From: an uncultured delta proteobacterium
GTDB lineage: Bacteria; Desulfobacterota; BSN033; UBA1163
Assembly: GCA_963827685.1 (NCBI GenBank)
Contig: CAWHBU010000004.1
Location: 704,001-768,000 of the forward strand
Direction of reading: 5' to 3'
DNA length: 64,000 nucleotides
In this document: piece after piece, positions 1 to 10,328 of the stretch
Position numbering within the stretch: position 1 is the first letter of the stretch
Layout of the letters: each line of letters starts with the position of its first letter
Program-made: the position numbers and the translations under genes
Notes under the pieces: model-generated
The model's database searches: none
Told to the model about the DNA's origin: nothing
What the model saw: the letters and a program-made list of their open reading frames with translations, nothing else

Positions 1-2603
1 AAATAGTTACGGATATCAAATGGGTTGAGGTCCCCGAAAAACAGAGGGATATCCATGGAAGAGAAAATGAACCAAGAACATTTGTCGAACCTTATTGGCT
101 TAAGGAGGGTATTGAGAAACATTTTGAAAGAATTGGGGAGGTTTGTTCGATAAGTTCCATAGATGGGATGGCGAAGAAGATTCTTGCCATATTTTGCAGG
201 CAATACCAACACTCATACGATGTAAACTATGAAGGTGAAGACTACCAGATAACCCATTCACTACTAGAGAATGGCTTGCACCAAATTTCTGTTTTTTCCC
301 TTAAATATCCCAAGAACTGGGATGGATACAGCAGAGAGAAAATAGAGAAAACATTTGCATTGAGCTTTGTCATTTCCGAGCTTGAGAATAAATCTCAGTT
401 TATTAGGAAAGGCAAAGAACTTCTCGCCGAGAAGTACTTCCCGGGCCTCAAAGACGAATTCGATAAGCCATTGTCATCAATTTATTCTTTATACGACTAC
501 TCATATGTTTGGTACAGCTCGTTGAGTGAAACAATCAAGCACGTAAGTCTTGAGCATGCGGAAAGAATCCTTACATTCATTCTTAAAGAGGTTCTTGCCG
601 CAAAGGCTCGTGCCAATAGAGATGAGACATCGGAGATCCTAGATAGATTCCTTAGCAGAGACTATCCTTATCCTCTTTTCAAACGTCTTGTGATATTTAT
701 CGCTTCAGGAGATTGGGATAAATATAAGGAATATTTCTTCAAGTCCATTGACCTTGAAGAAATCAATGTTTTTGAAGGGGCGGATTACCAAGCTGAACTC
801 TCTGCCTTGCTCAAAGGTAACTTCAATAAATTTAATGCGGATGAAAAAAGAATTGTAAAGATGATCATCGAAAAGGGGCCAGAGCGGGTTTCTCCTGAGG
901 ATCCACAAGGATACAAAGCCTATTGGAAACAGAAATGGCTTTCACTACTGAAGGATGATCCTGATTTTGCTCCCCTATTTGAAGAGCAAAAGAAGTTAAG
1001 CGGCTTAGAAAAAGAGAAATTTACCTTTGGCACGGAGTTTAGAGTATCAAGAGGGTTGGGCCTATCTCCGCTATCGACGGAAGAAATACTTAGGATAACA
1101 AACGATGAACTAGCCCTCAAGATGAAGGAATTCAGATCAGAAAAGAAGTGGGAGGGCATGACCGTTGCAGGATTTTCAAATACACTAAAAGATGCAGTTA
1201 CAGCAGACCCTAAGAAATTTGTTGAGGATCTAAACCCCTTCGAAGAGGTCGGTTTTATCTATATCTATAAAATCATGGATGGTTTAAAAGATGCGTGGAA
1301 GGGAAAGAAAGATTTTAACTGGGTAAAGGTATTTCGGTTTGCAACCCTTTATATAAACAAGGGGCAATTCTGGAGGGACGATTTTGTCGTAGAGAAAGAT
1401 GAATGGTTAGGAGGCGCCACCCATGAATGGGTTACGGGGATTATTGCGGAGTTTATCGAAGAAGGCACAAGAGATGATTCGTGGGCATTCAGCGAAGACC
1501 ATTTTGACAAAGCGAAAGAGATTATTTTTTATTTGCTGAGAGAGCCTGAAGAGGATAAAGAGATTACCGATTATGTTACCCATACTTTGAATACTCCATG
1601 CGGGAAATTAATTAGTTCGCTTGTGAATTTGGTATTGAGAATAGCCCGCGTGAATGATAAGAAGGGCATTAAAACCGAACCGAGGTGGTCTGAGGAGTAT
1701 AAGAAAAAGTTCGATGACATATTGACCAAGAAGATCATTGAGGCGTATACGTCACTTGGTCGCTTTCTTCCTAACCTGTATTATCTTGATAAGAATTGGG
1801 TGGTGGAGAAAATCGAACAGATTTCTACCGAAAAAGGAAGCAAATACTGGGAAGCCTTTATGGATGGTTATTTCTCATTAGAAATGGTCTATGATGAACT
1901 CTATGTGCTGATGAAACCACACTGCCAATACGGGCTTTCATACAATTTCAGGGATAAGCGTAACCAAGAACATTTGGTGCAGCATATCTGTATTGGTTAT
2001 CTTCGAGACCATGAGAGAATTAATGATTCGAACAGCCTTTTTCAGAAGATCATCGATGAATGGAAACCTGACCAAATTAAGGAAATTATCGGCTTTTTCT
2101 GGATGCAAAGAGATATCGTGATAGAAAGGTCAGAAGAGAATGAAAAGATGAGGAAGAAGATAATTGAATTCTGGAGGCAGCTCTATAAAAAATATAAGAG
2201 AAAGGATGAAAAGTCCTTAACACTTGAAGGTAAAAAGATTTTATCAGAAGCCTCAAAGCTGACTGTAATTCTCCCGCAGATAGACCCTGAATCTTACGAG
2301 TGGCTTATGTTGTCAGCGCCCTACGTACACGAAGATTTTAATTCCTCTTTCTTTATCCAGTCCCTGGATGAACTCAAGAATAAAGGCGATAGTACGAAAT
2401 CGGCCAAGTATATCGGGGAAATCTACTTGAAAATGCTTGAAAAGATTACTCCCGACTTTGACAAGAAGCATATCCGCCCAATAATTGAGTTTCTCTATAG
2501 TGCAAGTGCTCAGGAAAATGCGAACAAGATATGTAACATTTATGGTTCAAGAGGCTATGAATTCTTGAGAGACATTTATGAGAGATACAATGCTTCTAAG
2601 TGA
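1..2603 (+). CDS. Large alpha-helical protein, 5'-truncated by the window edge; possibly the C-terminal part of a SIR2/NTPase-type defence protein
   Basis: The frame is open from base 3 (IVTDIKWVEVPE...) through the ORF-track start at 168. AT-rich, W/Y/K/E-rich helical sequence with no catalytic motif visible. Confidence 0.6.
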   Translation, partial: IVTDIKWVEVPEKQRDIHGRENEPRTFVEPYWLKEGIEKHFERIGEVCSISSIDGMAKKILAIFCRQYQHSYDVNYEGEDYQITHSLLENGLHQISVFSLKYPKNWDGYSREKIEKTFALSFVISELENKSQFIRKGKELLAEKYFPGLKDEFDKPLSSIYSLYDYSYVWYSSLSETIKHVSLEHAERILTFILKEVLAAKARANRDETSEILDRFLSRDYPYPLFKRLVIFIASGDWDKYKEYFFKSIDLEEINVFEGADYQAELSALLKGNFNKFNADEKRIVKMIIEKGPERVSPEDPQGYKAYWKQKWLSLLKDDPDFAPLFEEQKKLSGLEKEKFTFGTEFRVSRGLGLSPLSTEEILRITNDELALKMKEFRSEKKWEGMTVAGFSNTLKDAVTADPKKFVEDLNPFEEVGFIYIYKIMDGLKDAWKGKKDFNWVKVFRFATLYINKGQFWRDDFVVEKDEWLGGATHEWVTGIIAEFIEEGTRDDSWAFSEDHFDKAKEIIFYLLREPEEDKEITDYVTHTLNTPCGKLISSLVNLVLRIARVNDKKGIKTEPRWSEEYKKKFDDILTKKIIEAYTSLGRFLPNLYYLDKNWVVEKIEQISTEKGSKYWEAFMDGYFSLEMVYDELYVLMKPHCQYGLSYNFRDKRNQEHLVQHICIGYLRDHERINDSNSLFQKIIDEWKPDQIKEIIGFFWMQRDIVIERSEENEKMRKKIIEFWRQLYKKYKRKDEKSLTLEGKKILSEASKLTVILPQIDPESYEWLMLSAPYVHEDFNSSFFIQSLDELKNKGDSTKSAKYIGEIYLKMLEKITPDFDKKHIRPIIEFLYSASAQENANKICNIYGSRGYEFLRDIYERYNASK

Positions 2604-2712
2604 TGACTAGGAGGGTGGCAAATGGTTTGATAAAGAAGCTTGACCGGAGATTTACAGCCGCCGATGTGTAAATTTTTACTTCGAATATCGTAATGAAAAG
2701 AGTAGTGCGGGG

Positions 2713-3270
2713 TCAAGGCTTCATCAATCCTTCCTGGTCTTGGAGCAAGAACCAGTAGAAAGCGGAGATCACGATAGCATGGTCGATCTTCCCTTTGCGA
2801 ATCAATTCCGGGATATCAGCGAGAGGGATAAGCGCCACCTCGATGTCTTCTGTTTGGTCGGGCATGGGATCCCTGACTTTCGCGACGTTTCGAGCGACAA
2901 ACGTATAACAGCGGTTGTTAAAGATGGCCGGGTTGGGATTGGACACACCGATCTTCACCATCTCCTCTGCCTGGTAACCCGTTTCTTCCAATAATTCGCG
3001 AGCAGCCGCTCCTTCCGGGGTATCTCCAGGGTCCACCAACCCTCCTGGGATTTCGAGGGTCACTTCTCTGGAACCGTGGCGGTATTGCCTGACCATCACC
3101 ACTTGATGATCGGCGGTGAGAGGGATGATGTTGACCCAGTCCGGCGTCTCGATAACATAGAAATCGTGTTCGACACTCGTTCGGGGAGAGATAGTAGTAT
3201 CGGCGCGTATTGAGAAGACACGGAAGGATTGTACGGATTGAGATCGAATGCAAGGCCACGGTTTGATCAT
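2713..3270 (-). CDS. NUDIX hydrolase (ADP-ribose pyrophosphatase-like)
   Basis: Nudix box GGLVDPGDTPEGAAARELLEETGY; RQYRH motif; AAGGAG RBS upstream. Confidence 0.9.
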   Translation of the reverse strand: MIKPWPCIRSQSVQSFRVFSIRADTTISPRTSVEHDFYVIETPDWVNIIPLTADHQVVMVRQYRHGSREVTLEIPGGLVDPGDTPEGAAARELLEETGYQAEEMVKIGVSNPNPAIFNNRCYTFVARNVAKVRDPMPDQTEDIEVALIPLADIPELIRKGKIDHAIVISAFYWFLLQDQEGLMKP

Positions 3271-3418
3271 TAGATTTCTCCTTCTTCAAAGCCAGTCTCA
3301 TACAAAAAAATTCATTCTATTTGGGTTGATGTGGTTTGTCAAATTGCAAAGAGTGATTGAAAGTGTAGAATAGCGTGAGAGATAGAATAAGGAGCGACTC
3401 ACAGCCCTCACCCGGCGC

Positions 3419-4213
3419 TTAACTCAAAAAGTCCGTGACATCCCGGTTGAATCGCTCCGGCGCCTCGATGGGGGGCAGGTGGCCAACATGGGTATAGGTC
3501 AGGAATTTGGCGCCTTGAATATGTGTGCTCAGGTGTTGGCCGTTCCCGTAAGGAATAAGCGAATCGGCGTCCCCATGGAGGACAAGCGTGGGTGCTGTGA
3601 TCTGGTTGAGCCGGTGGCTGACGCCTTCCCACGCCATCACCGCACCGAGTTGCCGCTGATAGGATTCCAGCCTCATCGGTTTGGCTATGGCATTGCGCAC
3701 CACCTGATATAAGTCTTCAGGATGGGACTGCATGTAGCCTGGTGCCGCGAGCGACGGATAAATACGGCGTACGTTCGTTTCGATGTCTTCATTCTCGACA
3801 GGCACGAGCAGGGTGGCTATCTCGGGCGTAGGGGGGATTTGTGTCGGCCCGCCCGCCGACGTGGAGACCAGAATCAATTTCTTCACCAACCCGGGATGGC
3901 GCAGGGTCAATTCCAAGGCAATGAAACCGCCCATGGACCAGCCCACAACGTAGGTCGTATTGAGATGGAGGCTTTGGATCAAGCCGGCCGCGTCATCAGC
4001 CATATCCGCGATGGTGTACGGCCCTGTGCCAAGCGCGCTGTCGCCCGCGTCGCGATTGTCCATGTTGATCACGCGATACTTTTTGGAAAGCGGATCAATC
4101 TGCTTCCACCAAGTGAGCCGCGAATTGCTCAACCCGGGGATGAGCAGCAGCGGATGACCGGTGCCATACTCGTCATAGTAAACACGATGCGATCCAGCTT
4201 GAACGGTAGGCAT
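3419..4213 (-). CDS. Alpha/beta hydrolase (enol-lactonase-like)
   Basis: GWSMGG nucleophile elbow, HGDAD acid, GH catalytic His. Confidence 0.9.
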   Translation of the reverse strand: MPTVQAGSHRVYYDEYGTGHPLLLIPGLSNSRLTWWKQIDPLSKKYRVINMDNRDAGDSALGTGPYTIADMADDAAGLIQSLHLNTTYVVGWSMGGFIALELTLRHPGLVKKLILVSTSAGGPTQIPPTPEIATLLVPVENEDIETNVRRIYPSLAAPGYMQSHPEDLYQVVRNAIAKPMRLESYQRQLGAVMAWEGVSHRLNQITAPTLVLHGDADSLIPYGNGQHLSTHIQGAKFLTYTHVGHLPPIEAPERFNRDVTDFLS

Positions 4214-4253
4214 ATTCTCTCCAGCAATCAGACCAGCGGGCTAACCTTACACT

Positions 4254-4934
4254 TCACCTCAGCCCGGAATGATTCGGGCAGATCTTCCTGCACAAATAGC
4301 ATTTTTTCAGGTTGTATCCTTTTTCGTTAATATAGTTAGATAGCGGTCTGCATAACTTTTGATCAACGGTTTTTCCGTTAAGAGCGGATGGAGGGCAGGC
4401 TTCCAAACAGAGGGTACACTCTGAGGGGCAACCGACATAGGATGCCATGGTGTCCCCTTCCAACTCAGCCTCCAAGAGAATCGCCCCGAGTTGAATCATA
4501 TTGCCAAAATCACGGTTTATGAGGAGCGTATTCTTGCCTAACACGCCCAAACCTGCAAGATGGCCGGCGTGACGTAAAGACAGAATAGCTCGACCATAGG
4601 AATCGTTGGGTACCCAGTGTTCATACGGATCATCGGACGGTATGGGCACGTTATGGATGCCCCACGCTTCAAGCTCCAATGATAATTCTAAGGTAAGGCG
4701 GTCCACTTCTTTTGTAATGATGTTATTTATGTGTGTGTAGGGAATGCAGCTCGATGCAAATAAAGACTCCGTGGGTAACCTTTTTGCAAAAACAAGAACC
4801 GATCTGCATTTGTCGTAAATATCCTTAGGATGGAACCCTTTCGGAGCATTGGTAAATCTATCGGCAGGTGAAATTCCACAAAGATCAGCACCTCTCTCTT
4901 TAACAGCGGACTTTAGCTTTGAAGAGGTGACCAT
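4254..4934 (-). CDS. Epoxyqueuosine reductase (QueG)-like Fe-S protein
   Basis: SLRHAGHLAGLGVLGKN; CxxCxxCxxxCP; CxxCxxxCP. Start moved to ATG 4934 because the longer ORF runs through a palindromic repeat. Confidence 0.8.
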   Translation of the reverse strand: MVTSSKLKSAVKERGADLCGISPADRFTNAPKGFHPKDIYDKCRSVLVFAKRLPTESLFASSCIPYTHINNIITKEVDRLTLELSLELEAWGIHNVPIPSDDPYEHWVPNDSYGRAILSLRHAGHLAGLGVLGKNTLLINRDFGNMIQLGAILLEAELEGDTMASYVGCPSECTLCLEACPPSALNGKTVDQKLCRPLSNYINEKGYNLKKCYLCRKICPNHSGLR

Positions 4935-4977
4935 GTGAATGCATCCTTCTATTTCATTATGCCATGGCACTGAATCG

Positions 4978-5107
4978 GCCGGAACGTGCCCCGCAAGCCC
5001 CGCCTTGCCTGCCTGCGGTAGGCAGACAGGCAAGGCGGGGTTAAGAGGCACAATATGAATGACATTACAATGCCGGGAAGCCCCGTCCTGTGGGCGGGGA
5101 GCTTCCC
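4978..5107. mobile_element. Non-autonomous palindromic element with IS200/IS605-like hairpins
   Basis: CCCCGCCTTG...CAAGGCGGGG hairpin plus GAAGCCCCGTCCTGTGGGCGGGGAGCTTC, resembling an IS605-type end; carries a nested CCTGCC element. Confidence 0.45.
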
Positions 5108-5134
5108 ATTCCAGATTGTCTCAATCCATGTTCC

Positions 5135-6106
5135 TCAGATGGCCAGGCTTTTCAAAAACTCGATAAGCAGTTGATTGACCTCGGTTGGGCGCTCCTGCTG
5201 AATCCAATGTCCGGCACCGGGCACCAGAACCTTCTTTCTCAAGGCCGGCATCGTTATTTCCATGGTATTGAAGGTTTTGCGGTTCATCGCAACGACTGCA
5301 TCAAACTCACCCGCGATGAACAGTGCAGGTTGATGAAGCTTCGCACCGTTCAGAAAAGGTGTAAGCTCCCAATTCCTGTCGATGTTCCGGTACCAATTCA
5401 AACCACCCCGGAACCCAGTGCGTTCGAACTCGCGCGTAAAAAAGGTAAGGTCTTGCTCGGTTAACCAGGCCGGAAGCGTCTCGGGTAGTGACCCCGTATC
5501 AAGAAACTTCTCCGACTTACCAAAGAGATGACCCCATCGTTTTTCCGGTGGCGGGTCTCCTGGAGCTGTGTAGAGGAATATGCCCATGGTTCTGCGGACG
5601 TCGGCTTCAAATTCCGCCTCCGCCTTACCCGGTTCTTGGAAGTACAACATGTAGAACTCCCGTTCGCCTGCCATTTTTTTCATTCCATCTGTTGGTCGAC
5701 CAGACTCCCAGGATCCGGAGCGAAACGGTACGCTAAGCAGGGCAATGGCGTGGAAGAGGTCGGGCCGGAGCAAAGCACAGTGCCAGGCAACGGGCGCACC
5801 CCAATCGTGTCCGACAATGATCGCCCGTTCTTCCCCAAGGGCATGGATCAATCCAACCATATCGCCGGTCAACTGGAGAATATTATATGCCTCGATTGGC
5901 TCCGGCCGATCCGTCTGGCCGTAGCCGCGCTGATCCGGGGCCACCACGTGGAATCCCGCGTCAGCGAGTGCTGGAAGCTGGTGCCTCCAGGAGTACCAGC
6001 ATTCTGGAAAGCCATGGCAGAGGATGACCAGCGGGCCCCGGCCCTGCTCAACGAAGTGTATCTTGATGCCATTCGTGTCGACAAAGCGGTGGTTCATTGT
6101 TGCCAC
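5135..6106 (-). CDS. Epoxide hydrolase (alpha/beta fold)
   Basis: HGFPE, GHDWGA, NWYR and GHWIQQE motifs. Confidence 0.92.
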   Translation of the reverse strand: MATMNHRFVDTNGIKIHFVEQGRGPLVILCHGFPECWYSWRHQLPALADAGFHVVAPDQRGYGQTDRPEPIEAYNILQLTGDMVGLIHALGEERAIIVGHDWGAPVAWHCALLRPDLFHAIALLSVPFRSGSWESGRPTDGMKKMAGEREFYMLYFQEPGKAEAEFEADVRRTMGIFLYTAPGDPPPEKRWGHLFGKSEKFLDTGSLPETLPAWLTEQDLTFFTREFERTGFRGGLNWYRNIDRNWELTPFLNGAKLHQPALFIAGEFDAVVAMNRKTFNTMEITMPALRKKVLVPGAGHWIQQERPTEVNQLLIEFLKSLAI

Positions 6107-6335
6107 AGTTCCTCCTCAGAAGCATGCATGTTTGTATTCAGAAAATCACTGCGTCGAACTCCGCCATTAGCGCCGTGCGCAGTACGGCATCGACATCAAT
6201 TTTTATGTTGCCGTCATTTGGGCGTAATATACATCTTTTCCTGAATTTTTGGTAGTCCTGTTTCCCCAGAAAAAAGTCAGCACCATGTTTGATCCAATCG
6301 GCAGCGCCAAGCTCCGTCTTTTAGAGGGGCGTTGA

Positions 6336-6436
6336 TTGGGAACCACACCTGCCTGCCGTTACAACTGCCTACGCGAAGCGGCTCCGGCGAAGGCGAGCAC
6401 TTCTTCGGGCACGGGCTTTGCCCACAGGGCTCCACT
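6336..6436. repeat. Nested palindromic repeat cluster
   Basis: CACGGGCTTTGCCCACAGGGCTCC resembles 41675-41700; interrupted by CCTGCC-type and CGAAGCGG-type units. Confidence 0.55.
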
Positions 6437-6605
6437 TCCTGGCGGCGAAAAGAAATAGTGTACTTTCTAATTCGATCCACTCTTCGCCAGAAGGACCGTC
6501 AGCCGGGGAGTCGAAGGATTGACTTTGGGTAGGGCATCTCTTATAAAATTTAGATGTAATTCTTTGTTCCTCCACTTCCCCTTTTTTAAAACGGGGGTTA
6601 AGAGA

Positions 6606-7475
6606 ATGCCTATGGGATACGTGGATCTCCACCTTCATACGACCGCTTCTGACGGGGTGCTAAGCCCATCGGAGATCGTGAGATATGCCAAGGCGAAAGG
6701 ACTTCAAGCGATTGCGATTACTGATCATGACACCATCGAAGGGTGTGAGGAGGGATTGTCGGAAGGAGAGAGAATCGGTTTCGAAGTGATCCCGGGAATT
6801 GAAATTAGTGCAGAACATTCACCTGGCTCCATGCATATCTTAGGGTTTTTTCTCGATATCCATCATCCTATTCTCATTGAGAGGTTGGAATATCTGCAGA
6901 AGGCAAGGGCAGAAAGAAATCCGAAGATTGTTGAAAAATTGAATGGATTAGGGATGGATATTACCTTTGAAGAGGTACTGAGAGCCTCTGGGGGAGGGCA
7001 GGTTGGGCGGCCCCATTTTGCCAATGTGCTTTTAGAAAAGAAGTATGTCAGAAGTTTTCAAGAAGCGTTTGATCGGTTTCTGAAAAAGGGAGCCCCGGCC
7101 TATGTGGACAAATTCAGATTTACATCGAAAGACGCTCTGTATTTTATCAACGAAGCCAAAGGAGTGGCCGTGCTTGCTCATCCCAATACCCTCGGGATGA
7201 ATGGATACTCAGAATTGGAGAAGCTTATCTTCCAACTCGTCCAGGAGGGGCTTAAAGGGATTGAGGTCTATTATCCTGAGCACGCTGCAGCGGAGACAGC
7301 ACAGTACAAAACCCTTGCCGAAAGATACGGTCTTCTGTCGACAGGGGGGACGGATTATCATGGAATGGAAAAAAACCAATTGGACATCGGAGTGGGGAGA
7401 GGAGAGATGAAGCTTCCTTACTCCATCGTGGAGAATATCAAGGCGGTTCGAAGTCGGTCTTTATCGGGGAGGTAA
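6606..7475 (+). CDS. PHP-domain metal-dependent phosphoesterase
   Basis: DLHLHTTASDG, TDHD, GRPH, LAHP, GGTDYHG; start likely 6606 or 6612. Confidence 0.92.
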   Translation: MPMGYVDLHLHTTASDGVLSPSEIVRYAKAKGLQAIAITDHDTIEGCEEGLSEGERIGFEVIPGIEISAEHSPGSMHILGFFLDIHHPILIERLEYLQKARAERNPKIVEKLNGLGMDITFEEVLRASGGGQVGRPHFANVLLEKKYVRSFQEAFDRFLKKGAPAYVDKFRFTSKDALYFINEAKGVAVLAHPNTLGMNGYSELEKLIFQLVQEGLKGIEVYYPEHAAAETAQYKTLAERYGLLSTGGTDYHGMEKNQLDIGVGRGEMKLPYSIVENIKAVRSRSLSGR

Positions 7476-7479
7476 AGAG

Positions 7480-7893
7480 TTGGTTATCCTTTTGTTGGTC
7501 GTAACGAGTTTGTTATGGGGATCGACCCCCATTCTTGAAAAAATGGGTTTGGCAAAAGTGGATCCTCTGATTGGCGTTACCGTTCGAAGCGCCATTGTCA
7601 CGGCAGGCCTCTTGTTGTTCACCTTTCTATTGGGCAAGGGCAGGGCATTGATTGAATTGGATGGGAAGAGCATTCTTCTCTTTGGGGCGAGCGGCATGAT
7701 GGCCGGTCTTTTTGGCATGTGGACTTATTACGGTGCCTTGAAAATGGAAGCGACCTCTAAGATCGTTCCCATTGCAGCCTGCTACCCTCTGGTGACCGCC
7801 CTTCTGAGTGTTGTGGTTCTCAAAGAAGGGGTAACTCTTCACAGGATTATTGGAACGGCATTGATCGTCTCAGGAATCTGGTTAGTCAAATAA
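7480..7893 (+). CDS. EamA/DMT family transporter (single repeat)
   Basis: 137 aa hydrophobic protein; ASKIVP-like and LKE motifs. Confidence 0.85.
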   Translation: MVILLLVVTSLLWGSTPILEKMGLAKVDPLIGVTVRSAIVTAGLLLFTFLLGKGRALIELDGKSILLFGASGMMAGLFGMWTYYGALKMEATSKIVPIAACYPLVTALLSVVVLKEGVTLHRIIGTALIVSGIWLVK

Positions 7894-7959
7894 CCCTTCA
7901 ACCTTCCCCTCCTCCCGTCAAGGGAGAGGGATGGGTTGAGGGTACAGATGGAGGAGAAC

Positions 7960-8064
7960 ATGAAGAGACGGAAAAAAACGAGTCGCTTGAAGGCAGCCCT
8001 GAAGAAGAAAAATGTTAAGCACTCCTTGAGAAAGTCTAAAGGAGAAAGAAAGTATCCAACCTAA
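7960..8064 (+). CDS. Small basic protein (34 aa), MKRRKKTSRLKAALKKKNVKHSLRKSKGERKYPT
   Basis: GGAGGA RBS before ATG 7960; below the ORF-track cutoff. Confidence 0.55.
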   Translation: MKRRKKTSRLKAALKKKNVKHSLRKSKGERKYPT

Positions 8065-8179
8065 TCAAAATAGCAACGTGACTCGTGTCCGTGCCTGCGC
8101 GCTGTAGCGCTTCGGCGCGCAAGCGTGATTCGTGACCGTAACCCACGAATTTTCATATTTCGTTTGCGGCAAACCCACC

Positions 8180-9475
8180 ATGGCCGATTTTGAATATCCC
8201 CGGCTCATCTTATCGGACCCTGAGGGGAATATCTTTGATCACCCTTCTTTGAACCTATTAGGTCGATCGGGAGATCGGTTTCTCCTGCCCCCTCCCTCAG
8301 AATTAGTGCCTCTGCCTAATGGGAGTCAACTCTTCACTTTACCCGGAAGGGTTCCAATCGGATGGGATGAAGAAAAAAGATCTTTTGTTCCTTCGAGAAA
8401 AGTCAGATTGGGGGAGAAAGAGGTGGAGGCTACAGCTGTGGCGGCTTTCCTTCCACCAGGATATATCCGCACCTTCCTTCCTGCTACCCAGCGGGAACCC
8501 AAAGCGCCCAGCCTTCCACTTTGGGCCTACAGTGCTGTGGGTTGGAAAGATGGGAAATTTTGGGCGCCAGGATTATTCATTGACCCCGATCCCCATTGGG
8601 ATCCAAAATATTTCGAGAATGATCGCCTTTTAAAGAGAAAGGTGCACACCTTTCTTAGTAGAAATCCTAAAAATCGCCTCCTTCGACAACTTTCCAGGTG
8701 TGCCTTGGAATATCACTGCTTTGCGGCAAAAAATGTTTTTTTTCGAAGATGGGAATGCCCATTGCCTACTTCCCCTTCATGCAATGCAGATTGCTTGGGT
8801 TGCATCTCCCTACAACCCTCTGAATGTTGCCCGGCCTCACAAGAGAGAATCAATTTCGTTCCTACCGTAGACGAGGTTCTGGATGTCGCTTTACCCCATC
8901 TGGAAGAAGCAGAGGATGCGATTGTCAGCTTTGGTCAGGGTTGTGAAGGAGAACCGTTGGCCCAATGGAGGCTTTTGGAAAATTCGATTTTTAAGCTTCG
9001 AGAAGAAACCCGCCGGGGAACGATCAACCTCAATACCAATGGGAGTTTTCCAAAAAGGCTGGCGAAGCTTTGCGACGCAGGGCTTGATAGCGTTCGTATC
9101 ACGCTCAACAGTCCCCATTCAAAATTCTACAAACGCTATCACAGGCCAAAGGGATATTCCTTTGAGGCAGTGGTGGATTCCTTGGCCCAGGCCAAAGGAA
9201 AAGGGATCTATACGTCGATTAATCTCCTCGTCTTTCCAGGGTTCACAGACAGAGAGGAAGAAGTGGAAGGGTTGACAGAACTGATCAGGGAAACGAACCT
9301 CGATCTCATCCAGATGCGAAACCTCAACATCGATCCAGACCTTTATCTCAAAATTATGGGAGGAGGTGAGGGGATAGGTATTTCTAAGATGATTGATATT
9401 CTAAAGAAAGAATTTCCTTTCCTCCAATTCGGTTATTTCAACCGCACCAAGGAAAATTTCTATCCCAATAAATAG
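8180..9475 (+). CDS. Radical SAM protein
   Basis: CNADCLGC; SFGQGCEGEP; NTNG; start likely ATG 8180. Confidence 0.88.
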   Translation: MADFEYPRLILSDPEGNIFDHPSLNLLGRSGDRFLLPPPSELVPLPNGSQLFTLPGRVPIGWDEEKRSFVPSRKVRLGEKEVEATAVAAFLPPGYIRTFLPATQREPKAPSLPLWAYSAVGWKDGKFWAPGLFIDPDPHWDPKYFENDRLLKRKVHTFLSRNPKNRLLRQLSRCALEYHCFAAKNVFFRRWECPLPTSPSCNADCLGCISLQPSECCPASQERINFVPTVDEVLDVALPHLEEAEDAIVSFGQGCEGEPLAQWRLLENSIFKLREETRRGTINLNTNGSFPKRLAKLCDAGLDSVRITLNSPHSKFYKRYHRPKGYSFEAVVDSLAQAKGKGIYTSINLLVFPGFTDREEEVEGLTELIRETNLDLIQMRNLNIDPDLYLKIMGGGEGIGISKMIDILKKEFPFLQFGYFNRTKENFYPNK

Positions 9476-9530
9476 GATTCAAGGGGTCAAGTGGTCGAGG
9501 CGTCAATCCCCCCAACCCTTGAACCCTTAT

Positions 9531-10106
9531 TTAGGTTTTTTCAGCGATGAGGCTTGCCACCGCCTTTCTTCTTCTGCCCTCTTTAAAAATTCCTTCGCGA
9601 TAGAATAGGATTCGGAAGTTTCTAAAGAGCCTGAGAGGTTCGTTGGGTTTTAAAAAATATTTAGCTTGTTTGGGCCCTCCTGTGCCGAGCATTCTTTGCT
9701 CAAGGAGGTAAGTCTCGAAAATCACCTTTCCACCTATTTTAAGTCCTTTTCTGATCCTTGGGATGAGACGACGTTTGAGAAAATAGAAATTAGCGACCAG
9801 GTCGTATCGCTCTTTTTCAATCTGATATTGGTCAAGGTCAACGAGAAACGCGTTGATCTTGACTCCTTTCTCTCGGGCTAATTTTTGGGTTTTCTTCAAA
9901 CCTTTCTCAGAGATATCCACTGCATCCACTTCAAATCCATTTTGAGCCAGAAAGACTGCGTTTCTCCCTTCGCCAGCAGCGATATCAAGGGCTTTTCCTT
10001 TTGGAAGAAGATGGATATGTTTCTTTAGAAAAGGATTGGGTTCTTTCCCGAGGGCGAATTCTTTCCTCCCGAATCTTTTGTCCCATCTTTTTTGATCCGC
10101 TTTCAT
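9531..10106 (-). CDS. Class I SAM-dependent methyltransferase (TehB-like)
   Basis: ALDIAAGEGRNA motif I; start moved to MKADQKRWD because the upstream extension is repeat-derived. Confidence 0.85.
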   Translation of the reverse strand: MKADQKRWDKRFGRKEFALGKEPNPFLKKHIHLLPKGKALDIAAGEGRNAVFLAQNGFEVDAVDISEKGLKKTQKLAREKGVKINAFLVDLDQYQIEKERYDLVANFYFLKRRLIPRIRKGLKIGGKVIFETYLLEQRMLGTGGPKQAKYFLKPNEPLRLFRNFRILFYREGIFKEGRRRKAVASLIAEKT

Positions 10107-10328
10107 GGTGGTTCCGTAGCCCCACCCCTGCCTACCGGCAGGCAGGCTCGCCCTCCCCCCTTGAGGGGGAGGGGTGGGTGGGGGGAATAGATTTATACGT
10201 TCGCATTTTACAAGAGTTTTTAGAAAATTCAAATTCAAAAAAGAGATTTCTGAAGAAGTCGAGAAATCTCTGATTACATACCTGCGGGCAGGCAGGGATT
10301 AGAGGTCGTAGACCTCAAAAATTTTCCC

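Noticed and set aside
4935-5051. N-terminal extensions of ORF-track calls (also 10107-10238, 41611-41718, 8132-8179)
   Set aside because: They run through palindromic repeats; better starts lie downstream.
6277-6532. Possible SRP RNA or other ncRNA in a GC-rich structured gap
   Set aside because: No SRP core motif; much of the structure is explained by nested repeats also seen at 41500-41705.
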